A stretch of DNA of 64,000 nucleotides from a virus: positions 32,001 to 96,000 of the IMG/VR virus record IMGVR_UViG_3300042090_003221. One strand, 5' to 3'. A program made the position numbers and the translations under genes. The notes under the pieces are model-generated. The model ran no database searches. It was not told where the DNA came from and was given only the letters and a program-made list of their open reading frames with translations. This document shows, piece after piece, positions 9,784-18,059 of this stretch (position 1 is the stretch's first letter; the number at the start of each line of letters is the position of its first letter).

Positions 9784-10404
9784 TTAGCGAAACGACAACA
9801 GTGCTGCCTCAATGACTGACCAGCCGATTTCGGCAGCCGAGTCCCCGACGATGCAGTCCGGCCCGGCTCTCCCCTCTTCGACGAGGGCAAGGTGATTGCC
9901 TATCAAGTCGCGCATGACTCCGTCGTAGGACTCGCCTTGGTAGGTCCCCGGCGTCATGTCGGGGCGGTAGCGATAGCCGCACGATAGTTGTTGCTGTTTG
10001 CCGCTCTTGATGCGGTTGATTGCTTCGCCGTCCCAGAGCGTGAGGGGCGCCTTCAGGTACGGGCGAGCGAAAGAAACATCGGTTCCAACCGCGCCGGCGA
10101 CCTTGTCGTGAGGGTGATCCTCGGCGTCGATCGGCGTGTGCTGGATCAAGATCGGCTTCCCGGCGAAGGAAGGGGCCGCCTTTTCGAGCTCGTCGGGGTG
10201 ACGCAGGAGCTTGTAAATCCGGTTGGATTCGAGCCCGAGCTCGCGCCATCCGGGGATCTCTTTGCCGAGATACGGATTGATGGCCGCCTTGCTGATGTTC
10301 GCCGTGGAGACGCGCAAATGGCCGTCTTCGTCGAAGGTTCGAACCGACGACCTATCGAGCGCGATCAGCATTTCATGGGGTCCGAGGGGTTGCGGGTGCG
10401 GCAA
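9784..10404 (-). CDS. Prohead maturation protease (DUF2213-like)
   Basis: [36 protein letters not shown]; start may be 10371. Confidence 0.85.
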   Translation of the reverse strand: MPHPQPLGPHEMLIALDRSSVRTFDEDGHLRVSTANISKAAINPYLGKEIPGWRELGLESNRIYKLLRHPDELEKAAPSFAGKPILIQHTPIDAEDHPHDKVAGAVGTDVSFARPYLKAPLTLWDGEAINRIKSGKQQQLSCGYRYRPDMTPGTYQGESYDGVMRDLIGNHLALVEEGRAGPDCIVGDSAAEIGWSVIEAALLSFR

Positions 10405-10413
10405 AATCGCCGC

Positions 10414-10443
10414 TTGACACGTTAGGACTTTTTGTCCTAATCT
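10414..10443 (+). promoter_or_regulatory. Array promoter P1 with operator TTAGGAC-TTTTT-GTCCTAA
   Basis: TTGACA (10414) -18 nt- TAATCT; perfect 7-bp inverted repeat 10422-10440. Confidence 0.85.
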
Positions 10444-10490
10444 GTGTTTTGCGGGGTTGAGACGTTCTCCCCCGGGCCGGAGATAGGAAC

Positions 10491-10724
10491 ATGAGGACTG
10501 AACGGATCGCGGACCGCGCCGTGGCGTTCGCCAACAACGTCCGGAAGCTCAATCGCTTCCTCGTTTCGGACCGCGTCACCGACGAGCTGTACGGGTTCAG
10601 GCGCTTCGTCTTGGATGAGCGGAATCTGCGGAGCTACTACGAGCGCCACGAGCCGATCGCGGAATGGCGCGACTTCGAGACCTTCCGGGTCGTGATCGAG
10701 CGGCGCATCGAGTGCGTCGCGTAA
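10491..10724 (+). CDS. Hypothetical protein (P1 operon)
   Basis: RBS AGGA, first gene after P1. Confidence 0.7.
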   Translation: MRTERIADRAVAFANNVRKLNRFLVSDRVTDELYGFRRFVLDERNLRSYYERHEPIAEWRDFETFRVVIERRIECVA

Positions 10725-10725
10725 C

Positions 10726-10750
10726 CAGCCCGCGCCGCTGCGGCGGCGCT
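10726..10750 (+). repeat. Intergenic GC hairpin repeat, copy 1
   Basis: CAGCCCGCGCCGC-TGCG-GCGGCGCT; near-identical to 14116-14140. Confidence 0.6.
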
Positions 10751-10773
10751 ATTCCCAGAGGATCGACCCGACG

Positions 10774-10947
10774 ATGCGCCAACCGACGATTTACGAAGCG
10801 CTCAAGGCCCGCCTGGGCCGCGAGCCCAGCAACGCCGAGCTGAAGGCCGACGTTCAGCGAATTCTGCAAGAGGCGTCCGACGTGGCGCTCGTCGCCGCGG
10901 CCGAAGCCGGGCGGCTACCTCACCAGCGAAAGGGAAAACGGAGATGA
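10774..10947 (+). CDS. Small hypothetical protein (57 aa)
   Basis: MRQPTIYEALKARLGREPSNAELK..; ATGA overlap with next gene. Confidence 0.65.
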   Translation: MRQPTIYEALKARLGREPSNAELKADVQRILQEASDVALVAAAEAGRLPHQRKGKRR

Positions 10948-11144
10948 AACCCGAAATCTTCGCAGTTATTTGGTGCGATTTCGTTCCGCTGTCTCTGCCG
11001 TATCCCGGCGCCGGCGAAGCCGTCGCGGCGGCGCAAGCGATGCGCGCCAAAGCCGGGAAGAACGGCGTCACGCTTCAACACCTTCGCGCGGTCCGCTTGG
11101 ACGCGGCGAACAAGCTTCACACTCTTTGGCAACCGGAGAACTAA
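10944..11144 (+). CDS. Hypothetical protein
   Basis: Coupled ORF in P1 operon. Confidence 0.6.
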   Translation: MKPEIFAVIWCDFVPLSLPYPGAGEAVAAAQAMRAKAGKNGVTLQHLRAVRLDAANKLHTLWQPEN

Positions 11145-11147
11145 CAG

Positions 11148-11390
11148 ATGACGACGGGCTTTTACTGCACCGTGAAGCGCGGCGAGAAGACCGCATGGCT
11201 GCTCGGCCCGTTCGCCGAGCACGAGAAGGCGAAAGAATGGGCGTTCGCCGCGTCATGCAAGGCGAGCGATATCGACCCGCGCGTCGCCTTCGACCCCTAT
11301 GGGACGGCGGCGATCACCCGCGAGGGCGTCGAGATCGCCGAGCTGCCGAAGGGCAAACTCAATCACCTTTTCCCGAAGCTTTTCAACTAG
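11148..11390 (+). CDS. Hypothetical protein
   Basis: GGAG RBS; tight packing. Confidence 0.7.
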   Translation: MTTGFYCTVKRGEKTAWLLGPFAEHEKAKEWAFAASCKASDIDPRVAFDPYGTAAITREGVEIAELPKGKLNHLFPKLFN

Positions 11391-11399
11391 GAGGCGTGC

Positions 11400-11897
11400 A
11401 TGGCCGAGGCCGCGAAGCCCAGGATACGGGTCCGATATTCTTCGGTCGACGGGTACGGCAAGACCGACTCGTTTTGCGCGATCGAAGGCGCCCGCAAATT
11501 CGCCTTCCACCACGTCGGCAAGCATGCCGAGTTCGGTACGGACTACGCCGTGAGCTGTGACGGCGTCGGCAAAATCAGGGTCGAGGGCTGCACGCTGGCC
11601 GAGCTGTTCGGCCGCGTCGAGCCCGAGGAACCGACCGACCTCGAGCTCGAGATCGCCGAATTCGGCGACGGTCAGGCCGTGTGGGAAAGCGGCTACGCGC
11701 AAATGTGCGGAATGCCCGCCAAGCGGCTCTTCAACACGAAGGAAGACGACGCCCGCCGCGCCGCGGAACATGCGGCCTGGATGGCGGTCGAGCGCGACAG
11801 CAACGGCCAGCCGGTCCACCGCTCGCCCGGCTGCACATGCAGCGCGATGCAGTTGGCTCTCGTCGGGTGCGAATGCGAAGCCGACGGCCCGTTCTGA
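11400..11897 (+). CDS. Hypothetical protein, paralog of 12360..12779
   Basis: VRYSSVDG..GARKFA..YAVSCDGVGKIRVEGCTLAELF. Confidence 0.75.
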   Translation: MAEAAKPRIRVRYSSVDGYGKTDSFCAIEGARKFAFHHVGKHAEFGTDYAVSCDGVGKIRVEGCTLAELFGRVEPEEPTDLELEIAEFGDGQAVWESGYAQMCGMPAKRLFNTKEDDARRAAEHAAWMAVERDSNGQPVHRSPGCTCSAMQLALVGCECEADGPF

Positions 11898-11925
11898 CCG
11901 TGGCGGTTTGTCGCGTGTTCTGCGC

Positions 11926-11955
11926 TTGACTTATTAGGACAAAAAGTCCTAATCT
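11926..11955 (+). promoter_or_regulatory. Array promoter P2 with operator TTAGGAC-AAAAA-GTCCTAA
   Basis: TTGACT -18 nt- TAATCT; palindrome 11934-11952. Confidence 0.85.
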
Positions 11956-12002
11956 AGCTCTGCGGGGCGGAGTGGTTCGCCCCCGGACCGGGAGTTCCCG
12001 AG

Positions 12003-12086
12003 ATGACCGCGTTTTTCGAGACCGCCGCTTGGTTCTTCGTCTTCGGCATGCTCGCCCGCGAATATCTGACCGGCAACGTGCGGTAA
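12003..12086 (+). CDS. 27-aa hydrophobic peptide
   Basis: GGGAG RBS; MTAFFETAAWFFVFGMLAREYLTGNVR*. Confidence 0.5.
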   Translation: MTAFFETAAWFFVFGMLAREYLTGNVR

Positions 12087-12098
12087 CAGGAGGTCGCG

Positions 12099-12347
12099 AT
12101 GGCTTACGAGATCGTCAAGGGCGCCGGAAAGACCATGTGGCTGATCGAGGCCGCCGCCGGCGAGGGTTACATGCGCTTCTATTCGAAGCGGGAGGCGCAG
12201 GCCTGGATCGACCGGGCGCTGAAGTCCGAAGCCAAGGACGCCGAATTCGAGGTCTACCGCCGCGCTCGCCGGCTCGAAAACGCCCACGAGTATCTCGCTC
12301 GCCGCGCCGTGCGCACCGCGCGCCCCGTTCAGCTCGAATTGTTCTGA
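12099..12347 (+). CDS. Hypothetical protein
   Basis: AGGAGG RBS. Confidence 0.75.
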   Translation: MAYEIVKGAGKTMWLIEAAAGEGYMRFYSKREAQAWIDRALKSEAKDAEFEVYRRARRLENAHEYLARRAVRTARPVQLELF

Positions 12348-12359
12348 GGAGCCCCGCCC

Positions 12360-12779
12360 ATGCTGACCGTTCGCTACAGCGCCGTTGATGGCGCCCAGAT
12401 CACCCGGAAGTTCAAGACGCCCGAGGGAGCCCGCAAGTTCGCGGTTCGCTACGTCGGCGAGACGCCGGAATTTGGCTCGCGCTACGCGGTCAGCTTCGAC
12501 GGCGTCGGCAAGGTGACCGTCGAGGGCTGCACGGTCGCCGAGCTGTTCGCCGGACCCGTAAAACCCGAAATGGTTCCGCTGCACAGCGAGGACTGCGACG
12601 CGCCGACCGAATACGCGCTCAAGAGCGAGTGCGAAGAGATCGTGGTCGACGCGGACAGCGACGAGTGGGGCACTCACCTTCATTACGGCTGGGCTCGCAA
12701 GACCGATCTCGCGCGCTGGAAGGCTGAGCACGAGGCCCGCCTCGCCGCCGACCTCTACGCCGACGACATACCGTTCTGA
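12360..12779 (+). CDS. Hypothetical protein, paralog of 11400..11897
   Basis: VRYSAVDG..GARKFA..YAVSFDGVGKVTVEGCTVAELF. Confidence 0.75.
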   Translation: MLTVRYSAVDGAQITRKFKTPEGARKFAVRYVGETPEFGSRYAVSFDGVGKVTVEGCTVAELFAGPVKPEMVPLHSEDCDAPTEYALKSECEEIVVDADSDEWGTHLHYGWARKTDLARWKAEHEARLAADLYADDIPF

Positions 12780-13191
12780 AGCTGAAAAGGACCTCGGCCG
12801 CGAAGGCGCAAAGGTCCCTCGCAAGCTAAGTCAGGTTTTCGAAACTGCGTCAAGAAACTTTGCGCCCCAACCATGAGGAACCTGATCATGATCAGCAAGA
12901 TACAGAGAGAGGCGCTCGACGACGAGCGCGCAATCGAGGCGTGGAACGAGCGCCGTGCGCTGGGGCAGCCGCTGTGAGTCGCGCACCAAGGCGCCCGAGC
13001 GACGATGCCCTCCGCACCGCGGCGGAGTGGCTCGATGTCAACGAAGGTGATGAAGGGGAGGGGGACGACTGCCGAGCGGTCGCCGACTGGCTTCGCCGGC
13101 AAATCGAAGAGGCCCGGGTCAGGAAGATCGCGCGCGAGACGGGCTTCCCGGTCAAGGTTGTGCGCAAGCTGCTTGCGGAGGACGAAGGCCC

Positions 13192-13512
13192 ATGACCTTC
13201 GACGACGCCTTCCGCGAGATCGGCCGCCGGAGCCTGCCCGGCGGCGGCAAGACAATGGGCGCCGACGAGATCGCGTTCCGAGGCCGCCCGTTCGGTCGCT
13301 GGCTGTCCGCGGTCTCGCGTGTGCGCCTGCGCGACCCGCGCGAGAGCTACATGACGAACGCCGCGCACAGGATCCGCGACTCCAAGGTCGGCGGGGCCGG
13401 CTATTGGGTCGACCTGCGCGTCGCCGGCGACGTCACCGACGACGAGCTCGCCGAGATCCGCGCCCTTGCCCAGGCCGAAGACGCCCGCCCGGTCCGCGTC
13501 CGCCGCGCATGA
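13192..13512 (+). CDS. Hypothetical protein
   Basis: ATGA overlap with upstream ORF. Confidence 0.6.
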   Translation: MTFDDAFREIGRRSLPGGGKTMGADEIAFRGRPFGRWLSAVSRVRLRDPRESYMTNAAHRIRDSKVGGAGYWVDLRVAGDVTDDELAEIRALAQAEDARPVRVRRA

Positions 13513-13550
13513 ATTTTCGCACGCTGCGACAAAAAGCCCGACTTTCCCTC

Positions 13551-13580
13551 TTGACCATTAGGACAAAATGTCCTAATTCT
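13551..13580 (+). promoter_or_regulatory. Array promoter P3 with operator TTAGGAC-AAAAT-GTCCTAA
   Basis: TTGACC -17 nt- TAATTC; palindrome 13558-13576. Confidence 0.85.
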
Positions 13581-13603
13581 GTTTCCGGAGAGAGGAACCT
13601 GAG

Positions 13604-14113
13604 ATGACCAAGCACTATTCCGTCACCGAGACCGCCAAGCTCATCCGCGCCGCGCTCAAGGAAGCCTTTCCGGAGACCAAGTTCTCCGTCCGGTCTTCGA
13701 GCTATTCCATGGGCGCGTCGATCGACGTCTCTTGGACTGACGGCCCGATCAGCGCCCAGGTCGATCTGATCGTGAAGGGCTTCGCCGGCGCTTCCTTCGA
13801 CGGGATGCAGGATCTCAAGAGCCACCACAGCTCGATGCTGAACGGCGAAAAGGTCAGCTTCGGCGCCGACTACGTCCACACCAGCCGCGAGGTTTCCAAG
13901 GCCAAGGTCGCCGCCATCGCCGCGCTGCTCGAGGCCAAGGGTCGAGACCACTGGCTGACCATTTGCGTCCAGGCCGGTCATCCGTTCCCGACCCGCGCCG
14001 TCCAGCGCCACGACAACGCCCAGGACGTGGCGCGCTCGATCCTCCAGCACGTCGCTGACGCCAAATTCGAGGGCCGCAAGGCCTCCGCCGTCGCCGAGCG
14101 GCTCGCCGCCTGA
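13604..14113 (+). CDS. LPD29-like (large polyvalent protein-associated domain) protein
   Basis: TAKLIRAALKEAFPETKFSVRSSSYSMGASIDVSWTDGP..FDGMQD signature. Confidence 0.8.
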   Translation: MTKHYSVTETAKLIRAALKEAFPETKFSVRSSSYSMGASIDVSWTDGPISAQVDLIVKGFAGASFDGMQDLKSHHSSMLNGEKVSFGADYVHTSREVSKAKVAAIAALLEAKGRDHWLTICVQAGHPFPTRAVQRHDNAQDVARSILQHVADAKFEGRKASAVAERLAA

Positions 14114-14115
14114 CA

Positions 14116-14140
14116 CAGCCCGCGCCGCGCCAGCGGCGCT
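14116..14140 (+). repeat. Intergenic GC hairpin repeat, copy 2
   Basis: CAGCCCGCGCCGC-GCCA-GCGGCGCT. Confidence 0.6.
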
Positions 14141-14158
14141 CACCCGAGAGCCTCCGCC

Positions 14159-14374
14159 ATGATCAAGCCGACCGCCGAAGACATCGCCGCCCAGATCCGC
14201 GCCAATCCCGACCTGCGCCGCCGCGTCGCCTCCGCGCTCGCCGAGACCGCCGCCTACGTCGAAAAGGAGGGGCGCCGCTCCGCTGACCTCCGCCCCGCGG
14301 ACGTCACCAAAATATTCGAGTTCTACAAGGCGCACGCCGAGAAGCTGCGCACCGCGCTCGATCTCGCCGCCTGA
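14159..14374 (+). CDS. Hypothetical protein
   Basis: ORF flanked by hairpin repeats. Confidence 0.7.
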   Translation: MIKPTAEDIAAQIRANPDLRRRVASALAETAAYVEKEGRRSADLRPADVTKIFEFYKAHAEKLRTALDLAA

Positions 14375-14382
14375 CATTCCCC

Positions 14383-14401
14383 GCCCCGCGCGAGCGGGGC
14401 T
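14383..14401 (+). repeat. Intergenic GC hairpin repeat, copy 3 (compensatory change)
   Basis: GCCCCGC-GCGA-GCGGGGCT. Confidence 0.55.
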
Positions 14402-14420
14402 CATCCGAGGAACGCGGACC

Positions 14421-14597
14421 ATGCCCAGAGACAAAAGCGACGTGCGCACCGACATAAAGCGCGAGAACGCGGCGCGGAAGCGGCTGCTCGATCGCATAGT
14501 GCTGGCGAAGCAAAACTTGGCCCTATGCAACGGGCGTTTGGCGTCGCTGAAGCAAGAGCTGGCGAATGCGCCGGAGCCTCCGAAATACTTCTATTGA
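14421..14597 (+). CDS. Hypothetical protein
   Basis: GAGGA RBS; 58 aa. Confidence 0.5.
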   Translation: MPRDKSDVRTDIKRENAARKRLLDRIVLAKQNLALCNGRLASLKQELANAPEPPKYFY

Positions 14598-14605
14598 GGT
14601 CGACC

Positions 14606-14845
14606 ATGCACAACCCCGCCCCATGCAAGCGCCGCAAAGGCCTCTATCTCCGCTACAGCGCGAAGAATTGGTCCGACGAATTCGTGTGCTGCGCGTGCGG
14701 CAAGGCGCGCAGGTTCAGCCTCAATTATCTCGGCTTGCGCCGCGTGCCCATGTGCGACGGCGAAAGCATCAAGGCGGGCGAGGCGCTGGAATGGGAAGCA
14801 TGGCGAGCGCTCACCGACCAAGCCAATCGAAAGGAAACCGCCTGA
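14606..14845 (+). CDS. Small Cys-containing hypothetical protein
   Basis: GAGG RBS; CCACG motif. Confidence 0.6.
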   Translation: MHNPAPCKRRKGLYLRYSAKNWSDEFVCCACGKARRFSLNYLGLRRVPMCDGESIKAGEALEWEAWRALTDQANRKETA

Positions 14846-15066
14846 TGCGCGGCATGAACCTTTCAGCCGTCTTCCGTCAGGGCACGGGCAAGCGCTACGA
14901 GCAGCGCCCGCCGGCCAATTGCGTCGCCGCGCGCCGCGCCTGGGACCACTTCTCGACGCTCGGCGAGATCGAGTGGCTTCAGTTGCTCGACGGCTATTGG
15001 GGCGCGCAGCTCCGCGGCGAGCGCGACGTCACCGAGATCGAGGCGATCGAGTTTCGCCGTTACTAA
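14845..15066 (+). CDS. Hypothetical protein
   Basis: TGATG overlap. Confidence 0.6.
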   Translation: MRGMNLSAVFRQGTGKRYEQRPPANCVAARRAWDHFSTLGEIEWLQLLDGYWGAQLRGERDVTEIEAIEFRRY

Positions 15067-15079
15067 AAGGAGACGCATC

Positions 15080-15280
15080 ATGCACAACTACGGTTCAACC
15101 CCTTCCGACTTTCGCGTCGGCCAGCGCGTCGAGATCTCCCCGCACTTCGATCTGTGGATGAGGGGCGCCCGGTGCGGCGCCGTCGTCAAGATCGGCCGCG
15201 AGCGCGTCCATGTCCGCCTCGATCTCTTGCCGGGCCGCGCGCTCCGCTTCTCGGCGACTGACCTAATCGACCGGAGCTGA
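15080..15280 (+). CDS. Small SH3/KOW-like hypothetical protein
   Basis: FRVGQRVE..GAVVKIGRERVHVRLD; AAGGAG RBS. Confidence 0.65.
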   Translation: MHNYGSTPSDFRVGQRVEISPHFDLWMRGARCGAVVKIGRERVHVRLDLLPGRALRFSATDLIDRS

Positions 15281-15284
15281 CGCC

Positions 15285-15710
15285 ATGACGACCATCGACC
15301 TGATCGACAACGCGATTCACACACTGGAGAAGGTCGCCCACGACCTGACGGCGCTGCATAATCTGCGCGCCACAGATCTGGACGCGGAAGCCTTCGAGGC
15401 GAAGCTGAAGGGCGGCGCTCCGCGAGACAGCCTCGAATGGATGACGGACACGGCCACGAGGCTCGCCGAGGTCGACGCCACAATCGCCATCTTGCGCAAG
15501 GGCGTCTCCTATCGCCCGATCGAGACAGCGCCCGTCGACGAGTGCGTGATCCTCGCCACGACCGGCGGCTGCGTCGGCGAGGCCGTCTATGGCGAGAACG
15601 CCGAGGATCCGACGTGGCGCTGGATCCACGCCGACCAGCCGCTGCATCCCAACTTGAAGCCGCTCGGCTGGATGCCGCTGCCGCCGGAGATCGAAACCCC
15701 CGCAACCTGA
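15285..15710 (+). CDS. Hypothetical protein with DUF551-like C-terminus
   Basis: YRPIETAP...WMPLPP. Confidence 0.65.
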   Translation: MTTIDLIDNAIHTLEKVAHDLTALHNLRATDLDAEAFEAKLKGGAPRDSLEWMTDTATRLAEVDATIAILRKGVSYRPIETAPVDECVILATTGGCVGEAVYGENAEDPTWRWIHADQPLHPNLKPLGWMPLPPEIETPAT

Positions 15711-15726
15711 CCCAGGAGCCCGAGAG

Positions 15727-16005
15727 ATGCTCACCAAGGCCGAACACAACCGTCTCGTGAAGTGGGAGACGCGCGTCAACGAGATCGTCGAGCAGCTCCG
15801 CGCGCTCGTCGAGGCGAAGCGCGGGGCGATCGAGGCGCGCCGCGAGAAACACGACGCCCGGTCCGAGAAGTGGCTCGAGAGCGAGAAGGGGCTGGAGGCG
15901 ACCGAGAAGCTCGAGGCCGACGAAAGCCGCCTCGCCGAGCTCGACCAATGCGCCGACGACCTCGAGAACGCGATCAGCACCTTGCCGACGGAAGAGGAGG
16001 AATGA
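15727..16005 (+). CDS. Acidic coiled-coil hypothetical protein
   Basis: AGGAG RBS. Confidence 0.7.
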   Translation: MLTKAEHNRLVKWETRVNEIVEQLRALVEAKRGAIEARREKHDARSEKWLESEKGLEATEKLEADESRLAELDQCADDLENAISTLPTEEEE

Positions 16006-16043
16006 CCGCGACAGCGAGCCGCACGAGGCGGCTCGGTTGTTGT

Positions 16044-16073
16044 TTGACACGATAGGACTTTTTGTCCTATCGT
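16044..16073 (+). promoter_or_regulatory. Array promoter P4 with operator ACGATAGGAC-TTTTT-GTCCTATCGT
   Basis: TTGACA -18 nt- TATCGT; 10-bp arms. Confidence 0.85.
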
Positions 16074-16094
16074 AGGCGCGAAGGGATTTTGCAG

Positions 16095-16757
16095 ATGACG
16101 CACCCGTTCACAGTCTCCGGCCTTGGCGAGGCGCCGTTCAAGCTCGTCGCCGTGGCGCAGATCCCGCCGATCTCGCTCGCGGAATCGAACCCCGCGGCCT
16201 ACCAGCGCGGAATCGCCATGCTCCCGCCCGGTTGCGGGACGTGCAAGCATTGCGGCATGGCGATCATGCTTAATTTCATCGTTGAATCGGCGGAAGGCCG
16301 CCGGTCCGCGATCGGATGCGACTGCATCCGCAAGCTCGGCCACGTCGACAAGCCGCTCGTCAAGGCCGTTGACGAGGCCGCCCGCAAGCTGGCGCGCGAG
16401 AAGCGCCAAGCGGCCGCCGCCGTAAAGCGAGAGGCCAGGGCGGCCGCGTGGCGCGCCGAGAGGGCGCAATGGGAGATCGACAACGCCGAGCGGCTCGCGC
16501 GGGAGAAGGCCGAGCGCGAGGCGGCCGCCGCGGCGCTCGTCGCCCGGGCGCAGCGGTTCGCCTTCATGCTCCCGGCTCTGCGGAGCGCGGAAAGCTCATG
16601 GTGCAGCGAGATCGCCGACGCGATCGAGGCGGGGCGCCCGCCGACCGGCCGCGCCGTCGAGATCCTCCGCGACATTTACGGGCGCCGGTTCGGCCGGAAG
16701 GGCTCGGCGAAGTTCGAGGCGGCCGCCGCGCGGTTCGACGAGACGGTCTCCGCCTGA
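16095..16757 (+). CDS. Putative Zn-binding hypothetical protein
   Basis: CGTCKHCG..IGCDC, then coiled coil. Confidence 0.7.
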   Translation: MTHPFTVSGLGEAPFKLVAVAQIPPISLAESNPAAYQRGIAMLPPGCGTCKHCGMAIMLNFIVESAEGRRSAIGCDCIRKLGHVDKPLVKAVDEAARKLAREKRQAAAAVKREARAAAWRAERAQWEIDNAERLAREKAEREAAAAALVARAQRFAFMLPALRSAESSWCSEIADAIEAGRPPTGRAVEILRDIYGRRFGRKGSAKFEAAAARFDETVSA

Positions 16758-16804
16758 CACAATCCTCGTCGGCTCACGGGGTCGGCATGATCAAGGAAAA
16801 CGCC

Positions 16805-17011
16805 ATGGCAAAGACATTCAAGCTCCACTGGATTCGCGCCGACGGTCAGGGATCGCTCCCGATGGGCGCGTTCCCTTCACGCACCGCGGCGGAAGCCGCC
16901 ATCCCTGCCGCGAAAACCGAGATGCTCGATCAATGCGCCGTCGGCGAAGGGCACGAGGCAGGGATCGAGGCCGGACGGTTCGAGGTCAACGAAGTCGAGG
17001 AGTCCCAATGA
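16805..17011 (+). CDS. Hypothetical protein
   Basis: AAGGA RBS. Confidence 0.6.
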   Translation: MAKTFKLHWIRADGQGSLPMGAFPSRTAAEAAIPAAKTEMLDQCAVGEGHEAGIEAGRFEVNEVEESQ

Positions 17012-17208
17012 CCGACCAAATGCTCGCCGCCCTTGTCGGCGCGATCTCCGGCATCTCGATCGGCGTGTTCTGCGCGGCGACCGGCTATTCCTTCGGATAC
17101 CGCCACGGGATCCTCGCCGGTTGGACGGCGGGTTTCAAAGCGCAGCGCGCGCGGCTCCGGGCGGAGGGCTTCGTCGTGACGGGGCCGATTCCGAAGGCTC
17201 CGGAGTGA
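17008..17208 (+). CDS. Small membrane protein
   Basis: N-terminal TM helix; ATGA overlap. Confidence 0.6.
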   Translation: MTDQMLAALVGAISGISIGVFCAATGYSFGYRHGILAGWTAGFKAQRARLRAEGFVVTGPIPKAPE

Positions 17209-17266
17209 TCTACCGAGGCGCAATGTCGCGGCCCTGATTTAGGGCGCCGGAGCGGCTCAGCTCGAC

Positions 17267-17294
17267 TTGACATTAGGACAAAAGGTCCTAATGT
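17267..17294 (+). promoter_or_regulatory. Array promoter P5 with operator ACATTAGGAC-AAAAG-GTCCTAATGT
   Basis: TTGACA -16 nt- TAATGT; 10-bp arms. Confidence 0.85.
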
Positions 17295-17315
17295 AAGGGC
17301 GAGGAGAGTTTCGCG

Positions 17316-17558
17316 ATGACCAAGCTTCAGGCCTTGCTAGACGAATCCAACGCCGCCGCCAACGGTTCCGTCGCGTATCTTGCCGGGAACCTGATCGAAG
17401 AGGCGGAAGACAACGCCAATCAGACGGCGTTCATCGAAAAGGCCGTTCCTGTCGAGGAACGCGACCGCATGGCCGAAGCGAGCCTCGTTGATCTTCTCGC
17501 CTACTGCAAGGAACCCGAAATCTTGGCGTGGTTCGCCCAGCGTGGGATCGTCGCGTGA
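17316..17558 (+). CDS. Small acidic hypothetical protein
   Basis: GAGGAG RBS, first gene after P5. Confidence 0.75.
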   Translation: MTKLQALLDESNAAANGSVAYLAGNLIEEAEDNANQTAFIEKAVPVEERDRMAEASLVDLLAYCKEPEILAWFAQRGIVA

Positions 17559-17797
17559 TGCCCGCCACCGCCGAGCAGGTCTTCGCCGTGATCAAGAACA
17601 ACGGCGCCGTGCCGTTCCGCCAGCAGCCGACCGAAAAGGCGCTGCGCTACTACGCCGCCCTGATCGTCAAGAGCGGCGCCCGGTTCGCGGCCGACCAGCA
17701 CGCGCGGGACGCTTGGACCGGAATCACGAATTGGGCGCTGTCCAAGAACATCGCCCGGCTCGAGGCCGAAATCGCCAGAAAGGGAGCCCAGGCATGA
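17558..17797 (+). CDS. Hypothetical protein
   Basis: TGATG overlap. Confidence 0.65.
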   Translation: MPATAEQVFAVIKNNGAVPFRQQPTEKALRYYAALIVKSGARFAADQHARDAWTGITNWALSKNIARLEAEIARKGAQA

Positions 17798-18039
17798 CCC
17801 GCCTCACCGAAACAACCCCGGTCTACCTGATCAACACAAAGGCGAACCGCATCGTTCGCAAGTTCGGCAACTTCGACGCCTTCGCCCGCTTTGAGGGCAT
17901 TGCGCTCGGCTCGAACATGCACCTTTTCACAATGCGCGAAATGTCGACGGCCGGTTTCGTCTACGCCGAATGCGACGACACCGGCGACACGATCGCGACG
18001 ATATCGTCCTACCACGTCAACAAGGCGCTCGCCGCCTAA
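17794..18039 (+). CDS. Hypothetical protein
   Basis: ATGA overlap. Confidence 0.65.
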   Translation: MTRLTETTPVYLINTKANRIVRKFGNFDAFARFEGIALGSNMHLFTMREMSTAGFVYAECDDTGDTIATISSYHVNKALAA

Positions 18040-18059
18040 CCTCGGAGGTACAAATCTGA

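Noticed and set aside
13524-13542. Possible seventh operator CTGCGAC-AAAAA-GCCCGAC
   Set aside because: Only 4/7 matches per arm; cannot be distinguished from chance
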